The notes under the pieces were generated by a model. That model saw only the letters and a program-made list of their open reading frames with translations, was not told the DNA's origin and ran no database searches. A stretch of 41,689 bases of DNA from a virus (Duplodnaviria; Caudoviricetes), in IMG/VR virus record IMGVR_UViG_3300020045_010482, positions 1-41,689 of that record. One strand, 5' to 3'. A program made the position numbers and the translations under genes. Positions within the stretch are counted from its first letter, which is position 1. Each line of letters begins with the position of its first letter. This document shows, piece after piece, positions 1 to 9,587 of this stretch.

Positions 1-91
1 AGCAATTTATTTATTACTTTTTATGTTATTTAGAATCAATATAAATTATAAAATAATCTCACAAATTGGTAGATTATATCAAATAAATGAT

Positions 92-99
92 TATCTTTG
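92..99 (+). promoter_or_regulatory. Bacteroidetes -7 promoter element TATCTTTG
   Basis: Matches TAnnTTTG, 30 nt upstream of ATG 130. Confidence 0.65.
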
Positions 100-129
100 A
101 ATATTGAAAATCACTAAAAAATAGAAATT

Positions 130-300
130 ATGAAAAATTTAAGAACAGCAACAGCAAACGATTTCAAAGTAGGTGCAAGATTAATATCATCAGAAGGATT
201 TGAATTTGTATTAGTAAATGAATATGCGGATGGTGTATTTGAGTGTAGAAAAAGAACTCATATGACTTCTGAGGCTAGATTTTACAAAATAGCTATATAA
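130..300 (+). CDS. small hypothetical protein, 56 aa (MKNLRTATANDFKVG...); not in ORF track
   Basis: ATG130-TAA300 open frame after the promoter and an A-rich leader; abuts ATG 301. Confidence 0.75.
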   Translation: MKNLRTATANDFKVGARLISSEGFEFVLVNEYADGVFECRKRTHMTSEARFYKIAI

Positions 301-525
301 ATGTTAACTATAACACATACACCTCAGCCTTTATCTTATAATAGATATACAATAGAAGGCGATAATATAGATGAGCTTATTCTTAATTGTCTATCAAGAA
401 TAAGAATTACAAGTAAAAAATATTATGAATCTGAATTAAAAACAGATTTAGAAACAAAAGGAAAATCATTAATTGACGTACATGCTGGAGTTGGAGTCTC
501 TTACGTCGTAATCTTAAAAATATGA
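301..525 (+). CDS. hypothetical protein
   Basis: ORF in a tightly packed operon. Confidence 0.65.
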   Translation: MLTITHTPQPLSYNRYTIEGDNIDELILNCLSRIRITSKKYYESELKTDLETKGKSLIDVHAGVGVSYVVILKI

Positions 526-728
526 CACCCACAAAACACCAACAAATCATCAAAGACCTGATTAAACAGTCAGGTCTTTCGCAAAAGAAATTCGCTGCCA
601 AACACGAAATTGAGTACAAGAAGTTTAATCGATGGGTAACTGGGGAGCGCAACATTCAATTTTGCACACTCGAACTAATCGCCTTTGATGAAGGTAAAAA
701 ATTAACAATTAAAATAGATGAATTATGA
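522..728 (+). CDS. XRE-family helix-turn-helix protein
   Basis: GLSQKKFAAK...FNRWVTGER HTH pattern. Confidence 0.75.
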   Translation: MTPTKHQQIIKDLIKQSGLSQKKFAAKHEIEYKKFNRWVTGERNIQFCTLELIAFDEGKKLTIKIDEL

Positions 729-958
729 AAAACCAAGAATTAAAATTATTTTGGAAAACAGCAATAACATTTTGGATATGTGGTTTTTTTGTTTGGATTA
801 TTAAAACGATTTTATTTTTAATTATTGAAGGATGGCACATTAAAGCAACACATCCGGTTGGAATATTTTTGGATAAAATCGTGGTTGAAATGTGGCGATT
901 TGCGTTTGGACTTACCGTTTATACTTGTGTGAATTATTTATTAAAATTAACAAAATAA
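725..958 (+). CDS. small membrane protein
   Basis: Two hydrophobic segments. Confidence 0.6.
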   Translation: MKNQELKLFWKTAITFWICGFFVWIIKTILFLIIEGWHIKATHPVGIFLDKIVVEMWRFAFGLTVYTCVNYLLKLTK

Positions 959-962
959 AACT

Positions 963-1493
963 ATGAAAATCACAAAAAAATTTATTAAAGAGAATCCAGA
1001 AATGAAGTTGAAGGAGTTGTGTCCTGAACTTTTTGAGAAGAAGCTTGAAGTTGGTAAGTGGTATAAATGCATCGAAAAAGCCTTTGAATCACTTGTTTGT
1101 ATAACAGATATTGAGAATATTACGGCTTATGGATTTAGTCATTATGGAGAAAAAGATAGAAATATTTGGAAGGATAATTGCCAAGCAGGATGGACTTTTA
1201 AAACACAACCACAAAATTGGATTGCAGCCACCCCAGAAGAAATCAAAAACGCTTTGGAAGAAGAAGCGGTGAAGCGTTATCCAATTGGGAGTTATGTGAG
1301 ATGTGTCAACGGAACAGAAACAGAAATAAAAGGACATCTTATGAATTATTTAGACGGAGTCTTGTTGCTTATGGATGATAAATATAGATTTGAGTTGATG
1401 AAAGCTGGCACATGGGCAACCATAATCAAACCAAAACAAATGACAAAACAAGAAATTGAAAAAGAATTAGGATATGAAATTGAAATATTCTAA
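963..1493 (+). CDS. hypothetical phage protein
   Basis: 176-aa ORF; EVGKWYK and C-terminal MTKQEIEKELGY motifs typical of phage accessory proteins. Confidence 0.7.
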   Translation: MKITKKFIKENPEMKLKELCPELFEKKLEVGKWYKCIEKAFESLVCITDIENITAYGFSHYGEKDRNIWKDNCQAGWTFKTQPQNWIAATPEEIKNALEEEAVKRYPIGSYVRCVNGTETEIKGHLMNYLDGVLLLMDDKYRFELMKAGTWATIIKPKQMTKQEIEKELGYEIEIF

Positions 1494-1636
1494 ATTTGTT
1501 CTATTCATAATTTCTACCCCGTTGCTGAACTAGGAATAGGGAACGTGGTTTTTAAAAATAAAGAAGTTGTGGATAATACCACTATAAAGAAGTATTGGAA
1601 TAATGCTCGACTTCTTTTAAATTAATAATAAGTTTT

Positions 1637-2083
1637 ATGGCTTATAGTCAAGAAGAAATAGAAGAAGTATTTACAAAAATTTGCGAGCAGATAGAAACTG
1701 GTCGCTCTTTGCGTTCTGTTTTGAAAGAAGATGAAAATATGCCAAGTAGTTCGACTTTTTTTATTTGGTTAAAGGAAGATAAAGAAAAATCGAAACGATA
1801 CGAGCTTGCAACAGATTTAAGAACTGATATTTTGTTCGATGAGATTATTGATATTGCATATAATACCGAAGAAGGAACTACTACAAAAGAAACAGAAAGA
1901 GGTGTTGAAATTACTACAGGAGATATGTTGGGGCATAGAAGATTAAAAATTGATGCTTTAAAATGGTCTTTATCTAAATTAAACCCTAAAAAATATGGCG
2001 ATAAAATACAAACTGAACACTCAGGAGAAGTAACCACAAACATAATATCACTCGGTAATGGAACTGCTCCCGAAACAGAATAA
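1637..2083 (+). CDS. terS: terminase small subunit (Sf6-like)
   Basis: N-terminal HTH (ICEQIETGRSLRSV..MPSSSTFFIWL) and RLKIDALKW.LSKLNPKKYGDK; directly before TerL. Confidence 0.9.
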   Translation: MAYSQEEIEEVFTKICEQIETGRSLRSVLKEDENMPSSSTFFIWLKEDKEKSKRYELATDLRTDILFDEIIDIAYNTEEGTTTKETERGVEITTGDMLGHRRLKIDALKWSLSKLNPKKYGDKIQTEHSGEVTTNIISLGNGTAPETE

Positions 2084-3356
2084 CGCAGTTTATTTCTTAA
2101 AAGACAAAACTACAAAAGAAATAATTTACGGTGGAGCAGCAGGTGGTGGAAAATCGGCATTAGGTTGTTTGTGGTTAATTGAACAATGTCAAATGTATCC
2201 CGGTACTCGCTGGTTAATGGGAAGGTCAAAATTAAAAACACTTAAAGAAACCACATTAAACACCTTCTTTGAGCTTACTTCAAATCTTAAAATTTCCAGT
2301 CAATTCAATATTAATAATCAATCAGGCGTTATTTATTGGAATAATGGTAGCGAAATAATACTAAAAGACCTTTATCAATATCCAAGTGATCCAAATTTTG
2401 ATAGTTTAGGCTCGTTAGAAATTACTGGCGCTTTTGTTGACGAATGTAACCAAATATCTTATAAAGCGTGGCAAATTGTAACGTCGCGTATTCGTTACAA
2501 ATTAAACGATTTTAATATAGTACCCAAGATATTAGGTACTTGTAACCCGTCTAAAAACTGGGTTTATTCTAAGTTTTATATACCTTCAACAAATAAAACT
2601 ATTTCTAATAGTAGAAAATTCATTCAGTCACTACCTACTGATAATCCGCATTTACACCCGTCTTATTTAGAATCGTTATTAGCACTTGATGAAACAAGTA
2701 AAAGACGTTTGTATTATGGGGATTGGGCATACGACAATGACCCGGCTTCTTTAATTTCATTCGATAAGATAAACGATGTGTTTACTAACAATTTCGTTAT
2801 TGAAGGGGATAAATACATAAGTGCCGATATTGCACGTTATGGTAGTGATAAAATGGTAATTTGTGTATGGTCAGGATTTAGGGTAATTGAAATTTTTACT
2901 TTAGACAAATCAAGCATTACGCAAACAGCCGAGGCAATAAGAGGATTAGCTTTAAAACATAAAGTACCAAATTCAAATATAATTGCTGATGAGGACGGTG
3001 TAGGAGGAGGTGTTGTTGATGTTTTACAATGTAAAGGCTTTGTTAATAATTCACGGGCACTGAAAGAAGAAAATCAATTGATGGAGTATCAAAACCTAAA
3101 AACACAATGTTATTATAAATTAGCCGATAAAATACAACGTAATGAAGTGTTTATAGATTGCCAAGACGGATACACGCAAGACTTGATAATAAAAGAACTG
3201 GAGCAAGTAAAAAGAGATAAAATAGACAGTGACGGTAAACTGCGAATTATACCAAAAGAAAAAGTAAAAGAATTGATTGGACACTCTCCTGACTATACCG
3301 ATGCGCTTATGATGAGGTTGTGGTTCGAACTATCGCCAAAGTTTTTCACGTTTTAA
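2058..3356 (+). CDS. terL: terminase large subunit
   Basis: Walker A GGAAGGGKS, Walker B FVDE, TCNP, nuclease motifs DIARYGSD and SPDYTDA. Confidence 0.95.
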   Translation: MELLPKQNNAVYFLKDKTTKEIIYGGAAGGGKSALGCLWLIEQCQMYPGTRWLMGRSKLKTLKETTLNTFFELTSNLKISSQFNINNQSGVIYWNNGSEIILKDLYQYPSDPNFDSLGSLEITGAFVDECNQISYKAWQIVTSRIRYKLNDFNIVPKILGTCNPSKNWVYSKFYIPSTNKTISNSRKFIQSLPTDNPHLHPSYLESLLALDETSKRRLYYGDWAYDNDPASLISFDKINDVFTNNFVIEGDKYISADIARYGSDKMVICVWSGFRVIEIFTLDKSSITQTAEAIRGLALKHKVPNSNIIADEDGVGGGVVDVLQCKGFVNNSRALKEENQLMEYQNLKTQCYYKLADKIQRNEVFIDCQDGYTQDLIIKELEQVKRDKIDSDGKLRIIPKEKVKELIGHSPDYTDALMMRLWFELSPKFFTF

Positions 3357-3369
3357 TAAAATAAATTTA

Positions 3370-3377
3370 TATCTTTG
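3370..3377 (+). promoter_or_regulatory. -7 promoter element TATCTTTG upstream of portal
   Basis: TAnnTTTG in the 37-nt intergenic gap. Confidence 0.55.
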
Positions 3378-3393
3378 ATAAAAATTCATTATA

Positions 3394-4770
3394 ATGGCAA
3401 AAAATAGAATACAAATGGCGTGGGATGTTTTAACAAATCCCAATAAAAACTATTTTAACGAGGCTTTATATAAACTTGTCGGAGGTCAAACAACTACTTA
3501 CAATCCAACACTTGAAACATTGATTGTAAAAGGGTATGGAGAAAATCCGGATGTAAATGCTATTATCAACCAAATGGCATCCAAGACAACTGCAGTGCCT
3601 TATTGCATAAAAAAAGTTGACGATGAAGAGTCTTTAAAGAAAATCAAAAGATACCCAATAAACACCACTTTTCAACAAAAAAGAGAAATAAAGAAACTGC
3701 AATTAAAGGCGTACGAAACCGATACTGAAATGCCGATACCATTAGAGAGGCCAAATCCAAACCAAACTTGGAACGATATATTGTTTTTATTTAAAGTGTA
3801 TTTGAAAGTTTGCGGAAATGTTTATTTATACAAGATGTTTCCAAAAGATGGAATGAATACCGGGCAACCAATGCAATTGTATATACTTCCAAGCCATTGG
3901 GTACAGATTGTTTTAAAGCCAAGCGCATCAACATTATCTATTGAAAATCCAATTGATTATTACATTTTGGAACAAGGAAATCAGTATGTTAGATTCGATG
4001 TTGAGAATATTATTCATATTAAACGTGCTAACCCATTTTATAATCAAAGCGGCTCACATTTATACGGCTATAGCGAATTAATGGCTGCTATCAGAAACAT
4101 TAACAGTTCTAATAGTGGAATAGATAACAATGTTAAAACAATGCAAAACAGCGGAGTTTATGGGTTTATTCACGCAGGAGACGGAGCGACACCATTAACA
4201 GCCGAGCAAGCGCAATCGCTAAAAGAACGCTTGGTAGATATGGACAATTCGAGCGATAAACTTTCTAACATTGCTGGAGCGTCTGGTAAACTTGGATTTA
4301 CTCGAATTTCATTAACAACAGATGAATTGAAACCGTTTGATTATTTGAGCAACGATAGGCGTACACTATGCAACTGTTTAAACTGGCCAATTGACTTATT
4401 AAATGAAGAAAGAAGCGGAACAGGCTTTGGAGTTGATGGGGTTATTGAAGCACGAAAACGAGCTATTACCGATAATATTAAACCTGATTTAGATTTATTT
4501 GCTGCTTCATTTAACAAAGAATTTATTCAAAAGTTTAAGGGGTATGAAGATGCTGAATTAGAGTTTGATATTACGGAGTTGCCGGAAATGCAAACAGACA
4601 TGGAGACTATGTCTAAATGGGTAAATGCAGTTCCATTAACTTTAAATGAACGCAGGGAAGTATTCAATTATGAGGAGGTGGATGATGAAATGATGAATGA
4701 AATTTATATTCCAAACGGAATAATTAATATTAATGATCCGAGCGTAACTGATATGCAAGATAATGGATAA
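3394..4770 (+). CDS. HK97-family portal protein
   Basis: RPNPNQTW, GNVYLY, IIHIKR..P....LYGYS, LTLNERRE; follows TerL. Confidence 0.92.
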   Translation: MAKNRIQMAWDVLTNPNKNYFNEALYKLVGGQTTTYNPTLETLIVKGYGENPDVNAIINQMASKTTAVPYCIKKVDDEESLKKIKRYPINTTFQQKREIKKLQLKAYETDTEMPIPLERPNPNQTWNDILFLFKVYLKVCGNVYLYKMFPKDGMNTGQPMQLYILPSHWVQIVLKPSASTLSIENPIDYYILEQGNQYVRFDVENIIHIKRANPFYNQSGSHLYGYSELMAAIRNINSSNSGIDNNVKTMQNSGVYGFIHAGDGATPLTAEQAQSLKERLVDMDNSSDKLSNIAGASGKLGFTRISLTTDELKPFDYLSNDRRTLCNCLNWPIDLLNEERSGTGFGVDGVIEARKRAITDNIKPDLDLFAASFNKEFIQKFKGYEDAELEFDITELPEMQTDMETMSKWVNAVPLTLNERREVFNYEEVDDEMMNEIYIPNGIININDPSVTDMQDNG

Positions 4771-5488
4771 ACTAAGACAACGACAAGAAATACAAGCCTA
4801 TCGAATAGTGAGGCGTAATGTTTTGAAAATTGTCAATAACATTCCATTTAACAATATGTCTAAAGGGACGTTTGAATATTTAATTAATGCAAATGTTACG
4901 ATTGAGCAGGTTAAAGTTGTGTATAATGAAATATACTCAGAACTTGGAAAATCACATTATAAACGCATTCAAAAAAGCATTAAGGCTGAAATAGATTTTG
5001 AGTCTATTATAAGTGCGTGGCTTAATCAAAACGCAGGATTAAGAATTGTTTCGGTTCACGCCACTTTGATTGAATCTATTGTAAAAGTAATTTCAGATGG
5101 TTACGAAAATAATTTATCAGTTGCCGATATAACACGAAACTTGCAACGCCAATTTGGATGGTACAAAGCACAAGCGTTAAGAATTGCAAGAACAGAAACG
5201 ACAACAGCTACAAATGTGGCCACCGTATTAGCTGCTCAAAGTTCTAATTTAGTATTGGAGAAGAATTGGGTATCAGTTCAAGACAATAGAACAAGAAGAA
5301 AAATATATGACCATTTAGATATGAACGGTCAAAAGGTTGATGAATTTACACCGTTTTTTGTTGGTGGCGAGAATTTAGACTATCCGGGTGATCCTAAAGG
5401 AAGCGCAGGAAACACAATAAATTGCAGATGTAAAGTTGTTTTTACAGTAAAGTTAGACGAGAGAGGAAAACCAATAAGAAAAAAATAA
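4763..5488 (+). CDS. MuF / SPP1 gp7-like minor head protein
   Basis: RIARTET, W....DNRTR...H, YPGDP...NCRC. Confidence 0.9.
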   Translation: MDKLRQRQEIQAYRIVRRNVLKIVNNIPFNNMSKGTFEYLINANVTIEQVKVVYNEIYSELGKSHYKRIQKSIKAEIDFESIISAWLNQNAGLRIVSVHATLIESIVKVISDGYENNLSVADITRNLQRQFGWYKAQALRIARTETTTATNVATVLAAQSSNLVLEKNWVSVQDNRTRRKIYDHLDMNGQKVDEFTPFFVGGENLDYPGDPKGSAGNTINCRCKVVFTVKLDERGKPIRKK

Positions 5489-5522
5489 TTTAACTATTTA
5501 GACTAAATTAAAATAATATTAA

Positions 5523-5530
5523 TATATTTG
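5523..5530 (+). promoter_or_regulatory. -7 promoter element TATATTTG, 4 nt before the protease ATG
   Basis: TAnnTTTG match. Confidence 0.55.
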
Positions 5531-5534
5531 TATT

Positions 5535-6194
5535 ATGGAATTTAAACAATTATCATACGATTTAAAAGAGTTAGACGATTCTAAAGGAGTTGTAAAGGCT
5601 TATGCAAACGCATACGACAATGAAGATTCAGATAAAGATATTTCTGTTTATGGTTCATTTGATAAAACAGTGTCAGAAAACTTTAAACGTATCCGAGTGT
5701 TAAAAGATCATAACCCTACAATGATGATAGGTGTGCCATTGGTTATTGATACAAAGGATAGATTTGGACTTCTTACAACTACTCAGTTTAATATGAATAA
5801 ACCATTAGGTAAAGATATGTTTACTGATGTTAAATTGATGCACGATAGCGGAATGAGTGCTGAATTATCTATTGGATATAAAGTAATGCAAAGAGATATT
5901 AAGAATAAAGCTCGCATTATTGAATATAAATTAATGGAATATTCGTTTTTATCATCTTGGGGGGCTAATCAACTATCAACAGTACAAGATATTAAATCGA
6001 TTAAATCACATTATGGAATAATGGAGTTAATCGAAAAATCATACAATTTACCTTATTCAGATTCAAGATTAAGGCAAATTGAAACATTATTAAAAGCACT
6101 TACCGACGAGCCGTCAGAACCTGACACTTTGATAAATGAGCCGCTTGCACTTGAAACATTAAAATCATTCACAAACTCATTAAAAATCAAATAA
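5535..6194 (+). CDS. HK97-type prohead protease
   Basis: D.D.D....F, LKDH, LSIGY, LMEYS...GAN; precedes capsid. Confidence 0.9.
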   Translation: MEFKQLSYDLKELDDSKGVVKAYANAYDNEDSDKDISVYGSFDKTVSENFKRIRVLKDHNPTMMIGVPLVIDTKDRFGLLTTTQFNMNKPLGKDMFTDVKLMHDSGMSAELSIGYKVMQRDIKNKARIIEYKLMEYSFLSSWGANQLSTVQDIKSIKSHYGIMELIEKSYNLPYSDSRLRQIETLLKALTDEPSEPDTLINEPLALETLKSFTNSLKIK

Positions 6195-6196
6195 CT

Positions 6197-7360
6197 ATGG
6201 CATTAGATTTAGAATTAAAGCAAGAGTTCGAAGCTATTAAAAACGGCTTGGAAACAAAAACAGCAAGCGAAGTAAAAGCACAATTGGAGGCTTTTGAAAC
6301 AAAAGTAACAACTGACTTTAAAACCGCTTACGAAACTGAAATCAAATCAGTAAAAGAAGAACTACAAGGAAAACTTGATGCAATTCAAGCTCACGCTGAC
6401 AAGCTTGACGTTAAATTACAAGAGAAAGGCACGGCTTCCAAAAACGAAGGTTATCAAGAAAGAATGGAGAAATCTATTACAGATAAATTTGTTGACATCA
6501 AAGAAGTTCGCAAAGGGAACGCTATTCAATTGAAAGTTGTTGGTGATATGACTTTGGGGGCAAACCTTACCGGAGCGCAGCCTAAAGACTACAACTTCGA
6601 TGTTGTAATGACCCCTGGTCAAATGGTAAATGTTTCTGACTTGGTTGGAAGCGTGAACATTGAAGGAGGTACTTATACTTTCCCAAGAGAGGGAGCAGGA
6701 GAAGGTTCTATTGCTACTCAAACAGAGGGGAGTTCAAAAGCACAACGTGACTACGATTTCACAATGGTTGACGTGAACACTGACTTTATTGCTGGTTTCA
6801 CTCGTTACTCCAAAAAAATGGCCAACAACTTGCCGTTCTTGACTTCGTTTATTCCAAAAGCGTTGAGACGTGATTATTTCATCGCTGAAAATAGCGCTTT
6901 CAATACTGTATTGGCCGCCGCTGCAACTGCATCCACAGAAATTATCACAGGACAAAACAAAGTTGAAATGTTGATTGCTGAAATAGCAAAACAAGAGAAC
7001 CTTAACTTTCCTGTAAATGGTATCGTTGTTCGTCCATCTGATTATTGGGATATTTTGATTACCGAGAAATCAGCCGGAGCAGGTTATGGATTACCGGGAG
7101 TTGTTACTTTTGAGGGTGGTCAATTGAGAATCAACGGAATCCCTATCTATAAAGCTACTTGGTTAGCTGCCAACAAGTATTTTGTTGGAGACTGGACAAG
7201 AGTAAACAAGGTAAACACACAAGGTTTATCTTTGGAATTTTCAGAAGTTGAAGGCACTAACTTTGTTAAAAACAACATTACGGCACGTATTGAGTCTCAA
7301 ACAGCTTTGGCTGTTGAGCAACCAGCTGCAATTGTTTACGGAGATTTTACCGCAGTTTAA
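6197..7360 (+). CDS. major capsid protein (HK97 fold, N-terminal coiled-coil delta domain)
   Basis: Coiled-coil N-terminus, EG..K, INGIPI, GDW, NFVKNNITARIE...LAVEQPAA. Confidence 0.93.
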   Translation: MALDLELKQEFEAIKNGLETKTASEVKAQLEAFETKVTTDFKTAYETEIKSVKEELQGKLDAIQAHADKLDVKLQEKGTASKNEGYQERMEKSITDKFVDIKEVRKGNAIQLKVVGDMTLGANLTGAQPKDYNFDVVMTPGQMVNVSDLVGSVNIEGGTYTFPREGAGEGSIATQTEGSSKAQRDYDFTMVDVNTDFIAGFTRYSKKMANNLPFLTSFIPKALRRDYFIAENSAFNTVLAAAATASTEIITGQNKVEMLIAEIAKQENLNFPVNGIVVRPSDYWDILITEKSAGAGYGLPGVVTFEGGQLRINGIPIYKATWLAANKYFVGDWTRVNKVNTQGLSLEFSEVEGTNFVKNNITARIESQTALAVEQPAAIVYGDFTAV

Positions 7361-7382
7361 TTTTTAAAATGAAAGGAGAATT

Positions 7383-7415
7383 AAACCGATACATTAATTT
7401 GTATCGGTTTTTTTT
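7383..7415 (+). terminator. intrinsic terminator after capsid gene
   Basis: AAACCGATAC-attaattt-GTATCGGTTT followed by a T run. Confidence 0.85.
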
Positions 7416-7416
7416 A

Positions 7417-7424
7417 TATCTTTG
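7417..7424 (+). promoter_or_regulatory. -7 promoter element TATCTTTG
   Basis: Immediately after the terminator, before ORF 7443. Confidence 0.6.
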
Positions 7425-7442
7425 AATTAAATAAAAAGCATT

Positions 7443-7601
7443 ATGAAAAAATTAATATTAAATAACAAGCACACAATTTTGTTTTTACTTATTTCTTACA
7501 ATGCCGTAGTTATGACGTATCAAAGGTTTAGTAATCCAAAACTAACAAATACAGAGCTGTTTTTATTGATTCCAAATAATTGGATTCTTAATTTTAAATA
7601 A
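7443..7601 (+). CDS. 52-aa small membrane protein (moron-like); not in ORF track
   Basis: MKKLILNNKHTILFLLISYNAVVMTYQRF...; hydrophobic stretch; own promoter. Confidence 0.6.
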   Translation: MKKLILNNKHTILFLLISYNAVVMTYQRFSNPKLTNTELFLLIPNNWILNFK

Positions 7602-7610
7602 CGAATAAAT

Positions 7611-7751
7611 ATGAAAAAATACAGAGTAATTAAGGCGTTTTTTAAGCTATCAGAGCAAAAGAATTATGAAATAGGTGATACTATTGAATTGTCAGACAAA
7701 GACGCAAAAGCAATGGATTGGTACGTAGTTGAAATTAAAGCTAAAAAATAA
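7611..7751 (+). CDS. 46-aa head-region protein; not in ORF track
   Basis: MKKYRVIKAFFKLSEQKNYEIGDTIEL...; pattern common after HK97 capsid genes; TAATG overlap with next gene. Confidence 0.75.
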   Translation: MKKYRVIKAFFKLSEQKNYEIGDTIELSDKDAKAMDWYVVEIKAKK

Positions 7752-8203
7752 TGACTACATATTTAGATGTTATTAGTTTAGATCAAGCCAAGTTATACTT
7801 GAAAATCGATGCTCTTCAAACTGAAACGGACAACGAAATTACAAGTATGATTAATAGCTCATTATCGTTTATCGAAAAACGAACAGGACATCATTTCAAA
7901 ACAAAGAATAAAACGTTTTATTCGTGTGCCTTGGTGAATAGCGTGATTGTTTACGATTATCCTATTGTGGATGCTCCAGTCGGAACACAAGTAAGACAGC
8001 TTAATTCTGTTGTCCCAACGGTTGATGGTTCAGTTATTTTAGAACTTGGATACGCCTCATTGGATGATATTCCAAGTGAATTAATAGATTCCGCTTTACA
8101 AATCATTAAGGTATGGTTTTATGAAAGCGAAAAACAAGAAAACACTTCATTGATACCTTTATCAGTGTTACAAGCAATTGACGCTAATAGACGATTTATA
8201 TAA
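7751..8203 (+). CDS. head-tail connector (HK97 gp6-like)
   Basis: ISLDQAKLYLKID...D.EI, IPSELIDSALQII..WF. Confidence 0.85.
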   Translation: MTTYLDVISLDQAKLYLKIDALQTETDNEITSMINSSLSFIEKRTGHHFKTKNKTFYSCALVNSVIVYDYPIVDAPVGTQVRQLNSVVPTVDGSVILELGYASLDDIPSELIDSALQIIKVWFYESEKQENTSLIPLSVLQAIDANRRFI

Positions 8204-8208
8204 ATATT

Positions 8209-8409
8209 ATGGAAACAGCGGAAAATTATATTAATGAAAATTTATCTGGAGTTGATAACAATGAGATAGCTTATTGCATGGCAGATTATTCACATTTAAG
8301 AGTTATTAATTTATTAGAAAGATTAAAAGTAACTGGAGTTATTTCAGAAGAAATGTTTTTAAAACATTTTGAAAATGAAGTAAAACTAACTGAAGATTAC
8401 AAAAAATGA
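8209..8409 (+). CDS. hypothetical inserted gene
   Basis: 66-aa ORF between connector and head-closure genes; ATGA overlap. Confidence 0.6.
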   Translation: METAENYINENLSGVDNNEIAYCMADYSHLRVINLLERLKVTGVISEEMFLKHFENEVKLTEDYKK

Positions 8410-8732
8410 TAGCTAGAAAATATACAAAAGCAATAGGAATTTGGAAGACTACAACTGTACCAGATGGGTACGGAGGTAATACTGTAACTACTGCTTTGGT
8501 TTATTCAGTATGGGCAAATGTTACAGCTAAAAAAGCATATCGACAAAATAAGAATGGTCAGAATGATAATTTCGTTCAAACCATTTTTACCATTAGAAAC
8601 AGATACGATATTGATTTAAGCGTGGAAGAAAATTTCATAAAATACAACGGATTAGTTTATAATATTGATGACTTATTAAATGTTGATTTAAACAATATTG
8701 ATATTCAAATTTTAGCTATACAAAGAGAATAA
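8406..8732 (+). CDS. head closure / head-tail joining protein
   Basis: DGYGG....W A.V, FTIR, IKYNG.VYNI. Confidence 0.85.
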   Translation: MIARKYTKAIGIWKTTTVPDGYGGNTVTTALVYSVWANVTAKKAYRQNKNGQNDNFVQTIFTIRNRYDIDLSVEENFIKYNGLVYNIDDLLNVDLNNIDIQILAIQRE

Positions 8733-9163
8733 TGGAACTCAAAGGCTTTGATAAAGTTGTCGCTAATTTAAAAAAATACGGCAAAGAAGCGGAAAAAGAT
8801 ATTGAAGCTGCTACGGAAACAGCTGCAAGAAATATAGAACTTTATGCAAAAACAAATGTAGCTGCTAATTTCGGTAAATTAGGAGGCTCTATTTTAGCAA
8901 AGGAAATAACTCCAACATCGTGGATAGTTAGAGCCGACTCGGACGGACTCGCACCTTATGCTGCTTATGTTGAATTTGGAACAGGTGGTTTAGTCCAAGT
9001 TCCAAACGAATTAAAAGAACAAGCTTGGTTGTTTAAAGGAAAAGGAATTAAAGAGGTAAATTTAAGGGCACGTCCTTATTTGTATCCGGCATTATTGAGA
9101 GGTAGAAAAGAATATTTAAAAGCATTAAAAGACTTATTAAAAGATTATGGTAAACCCAAATAA
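8732..9163 (+). CDS. HK97 gp10-like neck protein
   Basis: YAAYVEFGT, ARPYLYPA. Confidence 0.88.
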   Translation: MELKGFDKVVANLKKYGKEAEKDIEAATETAARNIELYAKTNVAANFGKLGGSILAKEITPTSWIVRADSDGLAPYAAYVEFGTGGLVQVPNELKEQAWLFKGKGIKEVNLRARPYLYPALLRGRKEYLKALKDLLKDYGKPK

Positions 9164-9548
9164 ATATATACGAAAATCGATTTATGATGCCGTAAACTCA
9201 ACATATCCGTGTTTTGATACGCAGGTGACTGGAAAACTAAATCCTACGCAATATGTCATTATATCAACACAAGACAAAGAGGACGTTAATGCAACTAAAT
9301 GCGGTCATAGGTGGGAAGTGGCTACCTTATTAGATTTAGTGTGCATTTATAACGGTGCGGGGAACGTAGGTTCCAGAGTTGTTAACGATGATATGGAAAA
9401 CACTATTTTAGGATTGATTTCAAATATTCAAATATCAGGTTTCACGGTGCTAAACAGGGTTTACGAATTTCCGTCTAATTTAGACACAAGCACTTCAACA
9501 CAAACGGTATATCGAAATTTTATACGTTTGGTGCTTACATTGGAATAA
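9147..9548 (+). CDS. putative tail terminator
   Basis: Position between gp10-like and tube genes; size and YVII pattern. Confidence 0.65.
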   Translation: MVNPNKYIRKSIYDAVNSTYPCFDTQVTGKLNPTQYVIISTQDKEDVNATKCGHRWEVATLLDLVCIYNGAGNVGSRVVNDDMENTILGLISNIQISGFTVLNRVYEFPSNLDTSTSTQTVYRNFIRLVLTLE

Positions 9549-9587
9549 ATTAATTATATTTACATAAAAATTTAAAAACTTACTATT

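Noticed and set aside
1560-1617. Branched RNA structure upstream of terS
   Set aside because: The 10-bp outer stem is AU-rich with a wobble and the inner stems are short; not distinguishable from chance without covariation
1648-2043. Antisense ORFs in the track (also 12266, 13081, 28679, 34435 and others)
   Set aside because: Shadows of well-supported genes on the opposite strand; no motifs
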